A stretch of 64,000 nucleotides of DNA, from assembly GCA_036172245.1 (NCBI GenBank), contig JAYWIR010000006.1, positions 744,001 to 808,000 of the forward strand, read 5' to 3'. Source of the DNA: Raillietiella orientalis. Lineage: Eukaryota. Positions 26,526 to 40,749 of this stretch are shown piece by piece. The notes below the pieces were generated by a model, which worked only from the letters and a program-made list of their open reading frames with translations, did not search any database and was not told the DNA's origin. A program made the position numbers and the translations under genes. Numbering within the stretch: the first letter of the stretch is position 1; every line of letters begins with the position of its first letter.

Positions 26526-27917
26526 GGGGGAGGGGAGGTCTGCTGACCTCAGCCGACCTCCTCACTTGGGCTGCAGATCTGGTAACTCTTGAGCTATAGA
26601 TGGCCTTACTTGTTCTTGGAGAAAAACGTCCTCTCGGAGGGACCATGGAGACCTCGACAACCTTCAAATCAGACCACGTGCTGCTAGGTCGTCCGCGCAC
26701 GAGAGGGGCAAGACGGGTAACGGGAACGCGACCTCCGATTTCAAGATGTGCACTTCTTGCGGAAGGAAGCGTCATCTACGGCAAGGGAAGACGGAGAGGG
26801 TAGAGTCCCGCCTCCAAGGCAGATGGGACGTAACTGCTGCTGCGGAAGTGGAATTCCACTTGGCTGACGATGCTCCTCTACTCCTGAACCTCCCTCTCAT
26901 CATGTTCCCGGATCAGGTGGTCATCGACGTCTCGTCTGCGAGATGCTTTCCCGCAGCCTCTGTAAGACACAGAGGCAAATGAGCGTCCACCTGGGAGCGA
27001 AAAAAAGCAGGCAGCGACCAGGGGTTGGCAAGGGCAACTGCCTGCTCCACCCAAACGACCTTCTTGCACCCCCTGGTCCCATCACAAAGAAACGTTCATG
27101 AGTGTCGCGAGGGGGTTCCAGGTACTCCCGTAGAGCCATCCAGAAGACGAGGAGGGGGATAAGATGGAAGACCGGGAGCGTCCCGATGTGATGGCTGGTT
27201 CTTTTTTTTCCCTTCTTTTCCTTTATTTATCGGAAAAGGGAAGTTTGATAACTCTTCCGGAGAAAGTTCCGTGATCTCGAGGATATTGGAGAAGGAGGCT
27301 GCAGTTCAGGTGAGAGGAAGGGTTGGGGGGGGGGGATGAAGTTGCCATCAGAGATTTGCAGCCGATATGCAGGCGCCGAGGAAAGTTTTCGATGCGGACG
27401 GTTATTCGGATGCGGGAAAATTGGGATGGGATGAAAAGAGATGGGGAGAGCTTTGGCAGGCGATTCGCTCATAAGCAACGCGACCGGGTGCGGCTTCGCT
27501 TGCGGGGATCACGTGGGATGCGGAAAGGCGAAAGTTGCGTCTCTGTGAAATCCTCTCTCCCGGAAAGAGGAGCTGCTCTGTACAAGTGACTCGGCTGCGG
27601 AGAGACGCTCTGGAATTCGCACGCGCAGGAGGATGACGAAGGAGGGGGGAGGACGAGGTCTGCTGCCTTTCCTACATGCAGCGACTCGCGGGAAGGAAGC
27701 AGCAACGAACCGGACCATCCGAAGGTCACGGGTCAGATGACCCGATATCCGCGTCGGAGGCCATGTGGTTACTATCCCCGCACATGGCATCGAGCGTAGT
27801 GGGTTCGAATACTAGCGAAGAAACGACTCCAGAGAAAAACGGGTGGCCCAAGAGCCCAAAATAAGGATCATCGACAATCCTGAGAGTCTCTTTGACTCAT
27901 TTCATCTACCCTGGAAA

Positions 27918-28012
27918 AAATTTGGGACAAACTGCCCAGTTATGAATTTGCAAAGTCCCACCAAGATTTGGGACAAAACTGTCCAGTTAAAATCTGGGAA
28001 GTCCCATCAATT
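27918..28012. repeat. Two tandem ~46-bp units, each with an internal TGGGAC...GTCCCA inverted repeat
   Basis: ATTTGGGACAAACTGCCCAGTTATGAATTTGCAAAGTCCCA and ATTTGGGACAAAACTGTCCAGTTAAAATCTGGGAAGTCCCA. Confidence 0.7.
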
Positions 28013-29549
28013 CCTGATCCACACAGAGCAGGCGAATGGCGAACGGCAGCAGCCGAAATGGAGGACGAACCATCAGAAACGTCGGCAACGAAAGGGGGCC
28101 AAAGAGAGCGAAGCAGGGTCACTTCGTCAGAGTTTGCCGCGGGAAAACGCCACGGATTGACTCCGAGCCTCCAGGGTACCCGCTGAGGCTCGGTGACTAA
28201 GCGAAAAGCTGCTGCTGAGATGAGTTGCAGCTCAGATCGGCTTGCTGAAGGATGAATGGCATCTCGACAGCTTCCCAGCAGTGGCCCTCGACCGAGCGGG
28301 AAGAACCTTAAAGCAGACAATCGGTAGTGTTCCGGAAGCTTCGCGGAAGTGGCGTAGGGAGAGTCGAGTCTCCCTCGCAGTTGCAACACCCCCGGTGTTC
28401 TTGGACACCCTAACCCTCCCCTTAAATTGGCAGGAGTGGGCGCGGTGATGCTGCTGCACTGGGGCCTCCAGTGCAGCGCCCTCCGGCATCAATGAACTAG
28501 GAGGTGCGTAGACCCTGTGTCAGGTGCTGGGAGCGTGAATCCCTCTTCCACCTGCTCGTGGATTGTGTTGTCGTCTGACTCCTTTGGGAACGCTTTTCCG
28601 CGACCTTAGGAACCCCCAGAGACAACTCCAGGGACGCTCTTGAACCCCTCTTCATCCGCGACGTATTTCGGCTGCAGCCTCCCTTGCAATTCTCTACTTC
28701 CTACGCGGGATCGTTGCCACCTAAAGCGATGCTGGAAGAGGACAAAGCGATAGGAGTGCCACATCCACTTGGCCGTCCGTTTCATGAGGATGGCGATGTG
28801 ATGGCTCCACTTGGACATCCCCATACATCAAGAACCTGCTGGCATCTTGCAGAGGATGCAAAGGACCATCCTTAGCAGACAGTGATCCCTTCCCTCCTCC
28901 CCCCAAAGTTGTTTATTTATTTTTTTATTTTTGTTCTTTCGTTTGGTTTGTCCCCTCCTTCTGTTGCCATGGAGGACTGCACCACGCGGTCCGCGAACCT
29001 GTAACCCGTCAGACTCCCATTTATTTGCTCGTGGTTGAACTACTGGCTCATCCACAGAGACCTGGATTGGATGTTCATTTTTTCACAAGAAATAACTTCC
29101 CCGGTGCACCCGGGTGTCGATCGCAGATGCAACAAAAACCTGGGGGTTCCTTTCCGTATCCCTCATTAGAGGAAGGGAATCACAGATCCGGAACCTATCG
29201 AGAAAGTCTCCCAGCTTCTGAAAGGAGCAGACTTCTTTCCCCGCAATGGTCCTCTGTGATCGCAGCTCCAGATTGGATCTCGCAGCTGGTCCGAAACCGC
29301 TGAAGAATAGCCCATGTGCTTGCCGAGACGTTCCTTTCTCTTAGCAACCAAGCCTTCAGGACCAGGATCTTACCGAGCCAGTCAGGTTTTCCGCCATCTC
29401 CAGGGGGAAACACGAACAGATTCTCCTCCTCCGAGGTGGCCCGTTTTCGGATGCAAACTCCAGACTCCCTTTCTCTTCGCCGATGCGCCAGGGAGAAGAT
29501 GCCCGCTTGCTAGTCACGAGCTCTCGAGAAAGGGAAATCTTTCCGAAAG

Positions 29550-32200
29550 CCAGAGGGATTAACACCTCCAGAAGATGCCAGCTCTGGCTCCAAGGTGGTT
29601 TTTCAGGAAACAGCAATAGAGATGCTCGGAGAAAACTCGAATTCCTCACGAAGATCAGCATCGTCCAACAGGATGTTGCGACCATGCAAGGGTTCGGGCT
29701 ACGTATGCGTGCCCCGCTGCTGCAAAGAACGCCACCACTTCCGATCTAAACATGATCGCTGAGCACCTTGTGAAGACCTGCGTCGTTTTCAAGGAAACAA
29801 GAACATCTAGAATAGGCGGAGGCAAGACGGCTGGTCCTTCCGCCGCCACGGAGAGCATTAAAAAGCTTTCTTCGGCCACCGGAAAAGCGTCCCACTGAAG
29901 GAAGCGACTAACCTCTTTGGACCAGAAATTTTCTTGTACGGAGGAGGAGTTCCTGATCTCTTGCGTTCTTCGAGATTCCTCCACTACAGTGCCTTTCGGC
30001 CTCTTTCCAGTAGCAACTGCTGCAGGAGATCTCCTTTTTCCAACGGCTGGCCCTGCTCGCATTGTCTGCGCTTCTGAGGAAAAATCGGAAAGAGAGACTG
30101 GAGGAGGAGCACGCGCGAGAGACACGAGAAAAGATGCTCCAGATGCCTTTCCGAGGACCTCATTCAATTCCTGCACTCCGGGTTCGGTGTTGAAAACAGA
30201 TCCAGGACATTCCCGTCGAGGGCAAGCGGATGTTTGGAACGGACGTCTGCACTCTTCAGCATCCTTTTGTGCTTTTTGGCGGGAAACTCGGTGCGGAAAT
30301 CGTTCGGTTCGGAGCATCCCCATGATGACGCGTATGAGATAATTCTAAAGACCACTCAAGAGAAAGTTCTCTTCGGATGGTACTGCAGCCGAAGACTGAT
30401 GATAACTGAACGCATCAAAAAGAAAAATACATTAATAAATCGGGATGTCATGGATTCTTCGACTAAATTGAAACAGTCTTTGCTTGATTTCAAGGGTTTT
30501 TTTTTCTTATTTTTTTTATGACGCATCTTATTGGAAGATGCTTCCTCCAGTCATCTCCATGTCTGTTCACCTTAGCTTAAAAGGGATGTAAAGGTGTTTC
30601 CTGATTCACTCTGAGATCTAAGCATCACGAAAATGGGGGTTCCATAGATGCTTCCACATTTTGGAAGCTTCGTATACTCAGCAAGTGCTAGGATTTCCAT
30701 CCCAAAGAGTTCCAGGATCATCTTTCCGTTTCACCGATCTTGCAAGAATAACTAAAGTTCTGGGCATCCATGCGAATGGGAGGTGTTTTCCTGGGAGTAG
30801 GAAATCTCCGCCCCTACTCTCTGGTAGGAGCTTTGAGATCCAATCCGGAGCCGCTTGAAACTTGCTGCCTATAATCCCTGATTTTTCGGTCTCTTACCAG
30901 CTCTGCTTTCACGGAGAGGGCGATCCCATTTTTCGTGGCCTTTGACATTTATCTGCATTTTCTTTTTAAAATGTCGTCAAGGTCTTCCATCCGATACGCG
31001 AATTCCAATTTTCTCCTGCTTGTAGCTTATTCGGTGTCTCGGAAGCATTCTCTTTCGCCGAGACCGCCACCTGGCGGCACTGTCAACGATCTTCGATCTT
31101 CGATGACAACACTGTCAACCACGTTGTCCCCTTTCCTGTTTTCTTTTCCCTATTTTTCTTCTTCTTCTACTAAGGACGAGACATAGACAGTTGGAAGAGT
31201 TCCGGATGATGTGTCACGTGTTCACGGCAGGTTTCCTGGATCTTCAGCATAGTCTGTGGCTCATTCCCAATCGTGTAGTTCATGGGGAAGATATTTGCAG
31301 ATTCGGATGCTTTGGAGCACTTCATTGGTGAAACCTGATCGAAGATTCGAGTCACGCTTCGCCCGTTTTCACCTATGAGGTTTGAAGCATCTTCAAGTGC
31401 TCAGGGCCGCTGCTGCAGATTTCTGGCTCTTTTCAACTTCTCACCACTTGTGCTGTGTGTCTGGAGCAGCAAAAACCATGGATGCTCCTCGTTCTCTGCA
31501 AAGGTGTTCCTAGACCGATCCATGCACCTGGAAACGGTCACTCTCTGCTCCTCCCTCTAGCAGGATGCTGAAACAGCTTTGCGCGAACATGCTCCATCTT
31601 TCAGTAATCAGGCAGCATCCTCGTTCCAGCCCAGTGAACCGGGCTCTCTGCGTGCTGCTGCCTCCATCGTGGCTTGGCTTCTGACCGTCGCGTTTCCTCG
31701 GATTCGCGATTTGGTTGTCTGAGTGGCACTCAGCGACTGGCATCGTCTGCCTAGAGACCGTCTTCCTGAGTTGGTTCGGGATCTTCAAGTCTGTCGGGAG
31801 AATGTGAACGAGGAAACCTTCTTCGATTCCACCAGGATCGTGGCATCAGTTTATCGGGTCACAGGGATATCCAGTGTCTATCACAGTAAATGGATACGAC
31901 CTCCGGATTCAGCTTCAAAGGGTTACGGCAAGATTCTTTCTCTGAAGGCAAGATTCGAATCAAAATGGAGCAGAAAGCCACCTCAGTCATTGGAAGCTGC
32001 TGCTGGAAGGACTCGTTTTGTAAGGAAACCTCTCGTTGCACGAGAGCGATGTTCAGGGGCGTCCTGGGAGGCGCTTTTCCAGACTAACAGACTTCGAAAC
32101 GAGGTGCATCACCCTGGGCAACGAAGGAACGAGATTTTCTCCGAGGGAGTAAGCAAGAGTGAATAGCGCGCCCCATTCGTCGGAAGAACTACCGGCCAGG
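29550..32200 (+). mobile_element. Decayed R2-like element fragments
   Basis: ATMQGFGLRMRA (resembling the TxxGLGxHxR zinc finger) near 29.7 kb, with later weaker post-RT-like segments; heavily disrupted. Confidence 0.3.
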
Positions 32201-32274
32201 GAACAACGAACTGTCAAAATGTCTTCCTTTCTTTCTTTGGTTCTCGAGGAGTGCTGAAGAACCGTTCGCCTTTT

Positions 32275-32985
32275 TAGGTGGGAGGGGGGGGGGGATGTCA
32301 TAAAGCTCTTTGACTCCGTCCATTCCACCAGAGGGTTCGTGGCACTTTTCAAGTTTGGGAACTACCCTATGAATCCAGGAAGGCTACGGAGGAAGGAGAA
32401 TCTGTTCCTCTCTTACGCTTGGGAGGGAACCCGCGCACTAGTTGCCTCCGAATGGAACCGCGAAGGGAACCTCTTCCTCGTTCTCTCCGGAGGGACCCTT
32501 CAGAAAGGATCCGCTCCTGGAATTCGTTCTCCGGTAGGCATCCTCTAGGGAACCGCTCCCTGTTTCCTTCTCTGAAGAGAACTCCGGAGGGGTGCTTCCC
32601 AGTTTCTCTGAAGGGCTCTCCCCGAAGAGAGCCGAGCGTTTCTGAAACTCTGGAGAGGCGGCCTCCCGAGGAGCGTATCAACCAGCTCCATGGTACGCGA
32701 TGGAGGGGGTCTGGTCCCCTTTCGTTGAAGGGGGAAGGCTCCATTTTCACGACAGGAGAAGAACCCCCAAGAGAACCGGAATTCTCAATTCTGATTCCTG
32801 GAAGAACCCCAGAGAGTCGACTTCCAATCCCGGCCACCCATCAGGGACATCTGGTTTTTCGGCTTCCACCAGTGCCACACCCGAATATAGGCCAACCAGC
32901 GTTATCGTTCGGGGGGGACTCGAAACCCACGACTCACCCATGTCTCTGGCGTTGATCCTTTATCTTCACCCGGTCACGTCGGGGA
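32275..32985 (-). mobile_element. tRNA-headed SINE-like interspersed repeat, near full length
   Basis: The minus-strand head has a tRNA T-arm/B-box-like GTCGTGGGTTTCGAGTCCCCC. Shares blocks with 42285-42970 and, in its 3' part, with 25935-26525 (CCCTATGAATCCAGGAAGG, CAGAAAGGATCCGCTCCTGGAATT, GATTCCTGGAAG, CATCAGGG.CATCTGGTTT, GGCCAACCAGCG). Confidence 0.65.
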
Positions 32986-35900
32986 GTTTATTGTGAAAAA
33001 ACTATTTACAAAAAAAAACGGTCATATAAAATATAAAAATGCCTTTCTTCGTATTTCTTTTTTTCCCATCAACACCACGAAGGGAAACGCCTCGAAAGCG
33101 CCGCTTCTCGTGAGCGGCTCACCGATGAGGTCCGCACAGGAGGAGTGGGGGAAGGGGTAAACAAAAAAAACACACATACACACAAAAGTTTGGTTTAAAA
33201 GTACGTTGAGGGGGATGGGGGAAGGAAAAGGATCATGGGTTTCTTCCTGGCATCCTCCGCATCCTCTGGAGAATGTGGTCCGCTTCCTCCTTTTGTTGGC
33301 AGAGATGTGGCCATCCGGTCGCCTTCCTCACGAAGGAGCAGGCGATTGCGATGACCTCACCGTTCGACTGGCCTCTTTCGGCTCGGCTTCTCGCCGCCGC
33401 CATCCCACGGAGGCAGCACGGAACTGCAAGGGAAGCTGCAGGAGACATCGAGTCACTCTCGAAGAGGCACCGCCCCAAAACCCTCTCTGCCGTTGGCCAT
33501 CGGGAGTAGGAGGGCCGCAGCGACGCGTTCCTGGACACTTAAGAGGGCAACGACACAAACCAGCAACAGGAGAGGGAGGATTTCCCTCCTCCTCGTCCAG
33601 TGATGGACCCGCGCGTCGCATGGGATCGCACGGTGCCACAGCTGCAATGCGGAGCCCTGCCACGTCAGGGGAAGCGTGGAGCTGTCCACAAACACGAGGG
33701 GTTGTCCAGGATTTCCTCCCAGTGACGAGTTCCTTTGGGGAGGGCGGTGGGGTAAATGCCTCAGCCAGTTGACGCGCCGTACAGCATCCCAGCTGCTGCT
33801 TCTTTTTTCCCGCGATCTCGCAGGGCCATCTTTATTTCCGCTTTGTGGGATCGTATTGAGCGTGGCTGCACATGGGGTGTTCGATCACCTTACCGGGTAT
33901 TTGAACTCGCAATGCCTGAAGCTACGCGCGGAGACCACAGCCACACAGGCCACAAATCTAATAAACATCTCAGTCCGGCCTTATTGAAAAATTAGCAACC
34001 ACGGGTGGCTCATTGTTTTTTTTGTGATCATTCAATTTTGGAAATTAGTGACATATTCATCTTTAATGACCACAAGTAAAAGGATTTCCGAACCATTTTC
34101 ATCCACATTCCTGCATACATCGTGTGCTTGCACCGGTGTTGCTAACCGCATTCTTATTCAGAGTTTCCTTGACTACCATGGAATCCCCTGGGCGCTTGAT
34201 AGGAAACATTTGAAATTAGGCCGTCCTGTTATTCCACTAGAGCGGAGCCCTTGGCAATTTCCCAATAAGAGTCAGTACGTGGCACTGTGGCAAATCAAGG
34301 GCTGGTACATGAAACCGGCAATTTCAATCCAGGCTGCCTCTCCAGACAGAAGCGAACAGCGGGCACGGAGTGACGAGCACAGACTCATTTGTTATCCCTC
34401 CGATCAGCGGCCGTTCCTCTAGTCGAGGCATTCCCGAAAAACCTTTCCCGGACGGAAGGCATCGCAGAATGGGTTCACTCGTTTCGTCACGCCGACCGGA
34501 TCTGCGACCCGCGGTGGCAACAACTCTCGGCAAACGATGCGAGCGGAGGCAGCCGCCGCATCTTGGAATCCAGGGAGACCATTCCCTGCACCTGGCTGAA
34601 AAGGAAACTCCGGGGACATCCGAGGAAGCTCCCATGCGCAGGTCCGGGGCACGCATCTCCCCTTCGCAAGCATATAAGAATCCGTACAATGTGCCCACTT
34701 TCCAGTTTTTATTGTTGGGCACTTCCCCTTCCGGTGCAGTTGGAGTCCCTAACTCGACGAGCCAAACTGATCAGTGAGTATTCGCTTTCCTCGTTAAAAT
34801 CGGGTCTGGATCTGGGAATGCGCCCGTGGCTTTGCAGAGGACGAGAAACGGCGGCACAAACAGGAGGAAGGGAGAGGGGGGAGGGCCCTGGGTCTGTCCT
34901 TTTGCTTTCGCGCCTTGATGCTGAGTGTGTTTGGCCAACATACGCGCGAAAAAGGAATGGTCCTGATTTGATGATCAGCGCGCTTCCCGGCTCGGAAATT
35001 TCGGAGCTGCCTCTTGAGCAGCCACTGCGTCACGATGGCGGGCGCTATCTGCTGCCGGGTCGAATCTCTCCCGCTTTCCGTATCAGTTTCCTTGCGCTGC
35101 TTCCGTCGTCAAGTGACAGTGAAAACGCTTATCTCTTGGAGGACAAGGCGAGTGTGCCATGTCTCGAGGAGATAATCTTCTCGAGAGCAGCAGTGCTCTG
35201 GTGAGTCACTCGAGCAGACTCGCCCAAGAGTGGTTGCATCACCGAGGTTTTATCTCAGGCAGGATTTTAAGGGCGAGACGAAGGGGTTAAAGGAGGATAG
35301 ACTCCAGGCCTACGGAATGATGCCCTGCAGTTGTTACCCCTTTGTTTTCGTTAGCACCATGACACCAGCTCCCTAAACAGGTGTTATCCCAAAGGTCTGG
35401 TGACTCGCATGTTCAGACACAGGTTCCGGGCAGCATTTTAGATGGGCAAGCTTTTCGCGTTCCCGAAAAGGATCTGAACCCGCATTTCCGGTTTGCTCTT
35501 GCGAATGTTTCATCTCCTTCTCTTATCGTTTGGTTTCCAGCTCCTTATGGACATTCCATCACAGGAACGAACGACATCTGCCTTCGGCGATTTTCCAGGA
35601 AACCAAAAATTCGCGAGACGCATTTCAGCTTTCACATGAAGTGTGCAAGCGCGAAGCCCTTCCTGAATTCACCGTCTCTTTCCCGCTCACTTTGGCATGC
35701 CTTAATGAGAAACCCCATTCCCGAAGCGGCTAGGATACATCAAAGCGGAAGAATCCCAGGAATTCACTCTTATTTTCTACCGTGATAGAACGATAGCAGA
35801 ATGTTACCCCTCACGTGACGTTATGAGGAAACCATCTGATTAGAGGCGAACGGTAATGCTACCCTGAAACCGGCCTTTGGTTCTTCTAAAATGCGGCTGC

Positions 35901-35999
35901 CGTCTGAAAATCGATTTTTGAAGAGATCACCGGGATCTGTCTCCTGCATGTGTAATGGGGGGAAGAAAAAGGAGACGTCGAGAGGCGCTCATGCTGTGC

Positions 36000-38100
36000 G
36001 CTCCTGGGTCGACTCCAGCGAGGACAGCTTCCTCGAGTTCTTCGCACACCGGTTGATAGACTCCAGTACGTGAAGTCTTCTTCCTCAAAGGGAATTCAGC
36101 GAGGATGATTGGGAGGATTGGAGCTTATCTGGACGCGTCGTGCTTACTGGGGTGATCTTTACAAGCTGCACACCGGGGTGGTTTGAGAGGAAGGGAACTG
36201 CACGAAGAAGTGAAGCACACAGCTTGTCCGTTCGCCGCCACGGGTGAATCCATTTCATGCAACCGAACTCACCGGAGACCGTCAAACCGTTTCTAGTTCG
36301 ATCTAGTTCTCTACGGTCAAGTCACCACCCCGATGGATCCAGATGCTCGAGGATCACACTAATCTCTGCGAGGAACTTTCGGGATCCTGTAGGAAAAGAA
36401 TCTCTCTAAGCAGAAGATAAGGTGTCCTTCCTTCGCCCTAGGATGCCCATAGATCTACTCTTACCATAACTGTTCGTACTTTAATGAACAGCAAACTGTT
36501 TCGTAATGATGGGCTATGTTCTTGCAATCCAATAATCGCTCTTTTTTACGGACTTCTGAAGCTCACTGTTACTGACATCCTTTTTCGTGTCAATCATCGC
36601 TGGCCTCCGCGTGCTTCCGTTCTGGTACGTCTCCTAGCTCCCCAGCTTCTAGGTTATGTGGATACTTTCTTTGTGGCTGACCATCCTTTTCCTGTCGAGC
36701 TGAGGAAATCAGAGGCAGCATCCTAATTTTTTTGGCTGATCCTCACGTGAAATTTGCACAAAAGACGGGGGGCAAGGGGGTATCGCTCTGGATTACAGAG
36801 CAATAAAGAGGAAAAAAAAAAGAGAATTGCATCCAATTTCATCAGCACGAACACGTGACTGACTGAGTATTCAAAAGTTGGGATGGAAATGTGATGAGCC
36901 GGAAAGGCTGAGCTGGAAATGTAGTGATCGAAACGCTTCGAAATGGAAAGAATCTTCTTAGAAATGGAAAATGGAATTCAGTTGCAGTTTCATAGACAGT
37001 TCGACCCAATAAACGACGAGGATAAAGAAGGGGGTAGATCCAGCTGCTCGTTCCCAGCAAACTTCATCGTAAAGCAGCATCCTTCCAAGTTAATGGCATC
37101 GAGCAGCACAGATTCAGTATTCAATCAGAAAAAAAAACATGGACAGCTTGGTAGCGTCCCAGGCTGGAAGAAATGATTTTCTTCCTTATGGAGCCTCATT
37201 AGCTGCAAAAATACCACGGGATGCAGACTGTTCCGAAACTCATCCTGCGCTGCTGTAGCGACGGAGTAGCTTAGGCGTTCCATTTTCAGTGACAACGGAT
37301 TCGTTTTGTCATCGAACCCTCCCTCTCGGAAGAGGAGATAGCAGTCTTCAGCGTACAGCTTTGCGTTTACGACAGATTGCTGTGATACTCTTCGTGACGA
37401 CGACATGCGTTTCACCACATCCTTCAGCACGGGTTTTCTAAGGACCTTTCAGGACAGCATTTCAGAGCGACCCCTAAGGAAACGAATAAACGAAAAACCT
37501 GAAACGCCATCTCATCAACCAGAACGTTGTAGTGGCATCGTGGCAACCTATAGTGAGAGATGCTTTATGAATATGAAGTCTTAATATCGTCTTGAGCAGA
37601 AGATCCACTCAGTAGGCGGGAAAATGGTGTCTTGGGTTAAGTCATGTGACACGATAAGGTCATGTTCACGGTACACAAACATCGTCCTCGTCACTGCATT
37701 TCTGACTCAAGCTGCCACTCCTGGGGTTGGAAAATTTCTGGCAGGTCTTTCGAATGACCCCCTCGCGAGCCGATACCATAGAGTTTGTACCAGGGAGACT
37801 TCTGAGTGCAAAGAGACTTTTTGCTGAATGGCTTGCCGTGAGACGGACTTCGATTTTTCTTCTTGCATCCCTCGAGAAGTCTTCGACCTGAAGCATCTCT
37901 TTCTTTAAGGAGAGACCCAAGGCTGCGCTTCTTCTCCGTGCAGTGTCATTTTCTGTTCTCAGTTCTCCGAGAGTCCGCTCAGAATCGATTCGTTCCGGAG
38001 AGATCCCATCACCAAGATTCGCATCCATCCCACATAACTCCTCTTGGGTAAAGAGCGGCTCCACCTTCTGAAAGTGCAGTGTGCTCTCTCAAATCGAAAT
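36000..38100 (-). mobile_element. Decayed non-LTR RT relic
   Basis: EPLF...GISPERIDSE...SAALG (pre-RT region) and VVNAKLYAEDCYLLF (degenerate YADD). Confidence 0.5.
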
Positions 38101-38599
38101 CCAGATCATTCCTTGCCCGCATCCGGTAAATGAGTGGCTGATCGCTGGTCTACGTATGACCCGCCGTTCGTGAATTTCACTTCTCTGGACGAACGACAGA
38201 TCCTCACTTTCTTTGGTATCCGTTCAGAGTTGACCGTTAGCAACCACGTAAGTGAGAGCCGATACCCCGTAGGGTTCGTTACGTGGTCACGTCAGTTACT
38301 CTCCGTAAACGCGAATGATGACCTGTGTACTCATTATAGTTTGACCACGTACACCATCCGGAGTCCAAGAAATGGTGATTTATTTTGCTTGCTGTTGCAT
38401 GTTCACTTCATCTGACGATTGAGGGGCAGTCAGCATCGCTGACTTCTTTGCTGTCGGCTGGACTTGCCCAGGTTATTCATGCACCGTGTAGCTGCAGATG
38501 AGAATGAAATTGACAGGAGGAGAAGGGCGCTCAGTAAAAGGTCGTTACAGAAATAGTCCCTGTCCTGCGAGACCTGAGTAATCGCGACTGCAGCTGGAT

Positions 38600-40450
38600 T
38601 GATGCCCTAGCAAATGGCCCTCTTCGAACGGGAGATCTGTATGGACCCATATAAGAGGATAAATGATGCAATGTGAACATTGCCTCGCGAGGGACGAGTA
38701 TTTGCATGAGTGAAAGACTGTTCTCGAAAAGAGTACACCATGCATTCGGTCGAAAGGGCGCGCTTCACGTTTCGATTACGCCCAAGGAGGTCTTGCCGCG
38801 TTGTTGTTGGGGACTCTTGGAAGGCAGGGGGTTCTCCGATGCCCCAGTGCCTCGAACAGCAAAGTCTGAAGCCGGAGCACTGAGCAGCCGTGCCAAATTC
38901 GTGATCAGGGAAACGGTCTGTTTCCTTGATTGGCATCCGAGTGCTCGTGTGGTATCGTCGACCTACATTTCCTTCATTGATTCAGGGGATCCACACTAGG
39001 CACCGGCGATTGAGGGGGGGAAAAAAAAGAACTTTCGTGATTCTTCCCTGTTTGCGTTTCCTGGAATTCGCAGCAGAAAAAATAGCTTTTTTTTTTTTTT
39101 TGCTTGCCATCCCGAACAAGGCGTGGAGCGTTTCGGGAGAGTGCACTTCTTGCAGTGAGCTTTCAAGAGAGCCACCTCTTGAGCCTTGTTTGCACTTGAG
39201 GAACAGAGCCGTGGCTACTGGTGGATGCAAAACGTACTTAGAATGAATGGCTAACGCAGAGAAAGTAACAAACTGCACACCAGCAGAAGATGCCAAGCCT
39301 TTTTTTCGCTTCAGGGCAATGCTGCGGCTCGAAAGTAGGGCCATTAAGAAATCAGAAGTTGAACTCAGCTCCACTGTCTGCATTGGTCTTTGCGATCTCA
39401 ACAAATGGAAAAATAAAAAATAGAGAACGTCGGCAGAGCTTCTGTAGTGCTGTGGTTGCCACTGTGCGATTCTCTGTCGATTTAATCTACGTATCTCCTA
39501 AGCAGCTGCTGCATCTCACTGCTTTCGGCAGGCCAAGCCTCACGAGCGAGGATAACTTCCCGCGTGAGCCTCGAGAATTCCTGATTCGTTGACCTCCATG
39601 CTTTCGAAGTACGAGGTCGAAGCATTTCTTCGCGGTAGTGTGTCTGGTCACGTGGTTCCTCTTCCCATGACTCCTTGGCACCGTGAAGAGTGGAGTCTTC
39701 CAGGATAGTCCAGTTCTAACTTGTCGTCCGGTTTGGCTCTGTGATGTCGCGATCGATCGATCCTGCGTGCACCCCTTCTCACTAAATCGGAAGCAGGGAA
39801 ATGCCGCTCACATTTCCATGGAGTTTCAGCAAATCGAGCAGCAATGTGGTCATCGTCTTCTCCGTGGCACTTCCCCATTGGTGCTTGCCTGGAAATCACC
39901 CAATGCTGGAAAAGTCACTGCGCTTCCCTTCCTTCGAGAGGCTGCTCATGTTCCCGGGAAAGAAATCGCAAACCTTCGCTCGGCCGCACTTCATTTACAA
40001 GGAAAATGCTGCAGATGGTTCCGAACCCTACTGGAAAATGGCGACGCGAGCGAAGGAAGCTGATGGCAGAGTCGAAGGATTCTCAGGTTCTCCCAGAAAG
40101 GGGGTCATTCGGGAACGACCTGCCACGGATCCCTGAACTTTTACCCGCGTGCCGAAAGAAGAACGGCACGCGGATGGAAGAGCCGACTGTTCCCCGTGAT
40201 GCCTCAGGGTTCCGCGTTGACCTGCGTTTCGTGCATCCAAGGTGGAACGAGGCTCGGGAAAGAAGCGAGACCGAATTCAGCCACGATCACTGACAGCTGG
40301 AGGCTGCAGGATGTTCTTGGCTTCTTGATGGCCGATGTGTCTGCACGGCTACTGCGGCGATGGAAAGAACGGAGATCCCAGCCATCATTTTCTGCCCTCG
40401 GGGCGCGGGGCAGCTGCTCGAACACGCTACAAACTCGAAACAGAGGTGCG
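38600..40450 (+). mobile_element. RLE endonuclease-domain relics (two fragments)
   Basis: LLEGRGFS...VIRETVCFLD at 38.8-38.9 kb; KGVIRER...MEEPTVPRDASGFRVDL...NEARERSETEFSH at 40.1-40.3 kb. Confidence 0.45.
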
Positions 40451-40749
40451 GACTCGGAGCTGATCGGCATCCCAGCGGACACTGACTGCTTGGATTGCAT
40501 TCTTCTTCCAGAACCGACAGACCGCTTCCCTGAAAAGAGACTTGGGCACAAGTGCGTGAAAAAGCCCTGGAGATGTTCTGCTGCTTCTCGCTGTTCGGTC
40601 CAGATAAATTCCTTCTGCCCGGCACCGTGAAGGCTGCTGTCGATCTCGAACCTTCCTTCCCGACTCGCCGAGGCGTGGTGCGGTGCCCGCTCCGTCCTGA
40701 ATCCTTGTACCCTCAACCGGGCATTTTCCCGATCCCGCTTCCCCCTCTG

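Noticed and set aside
36890..36915. GTGATGA-GCC-GGAAA-GGC hammerhead-like motif (similar partial motifs near 33120 and 57254)
   Set aside because: Core nucleotides or stem II are missing; compatible with chance.
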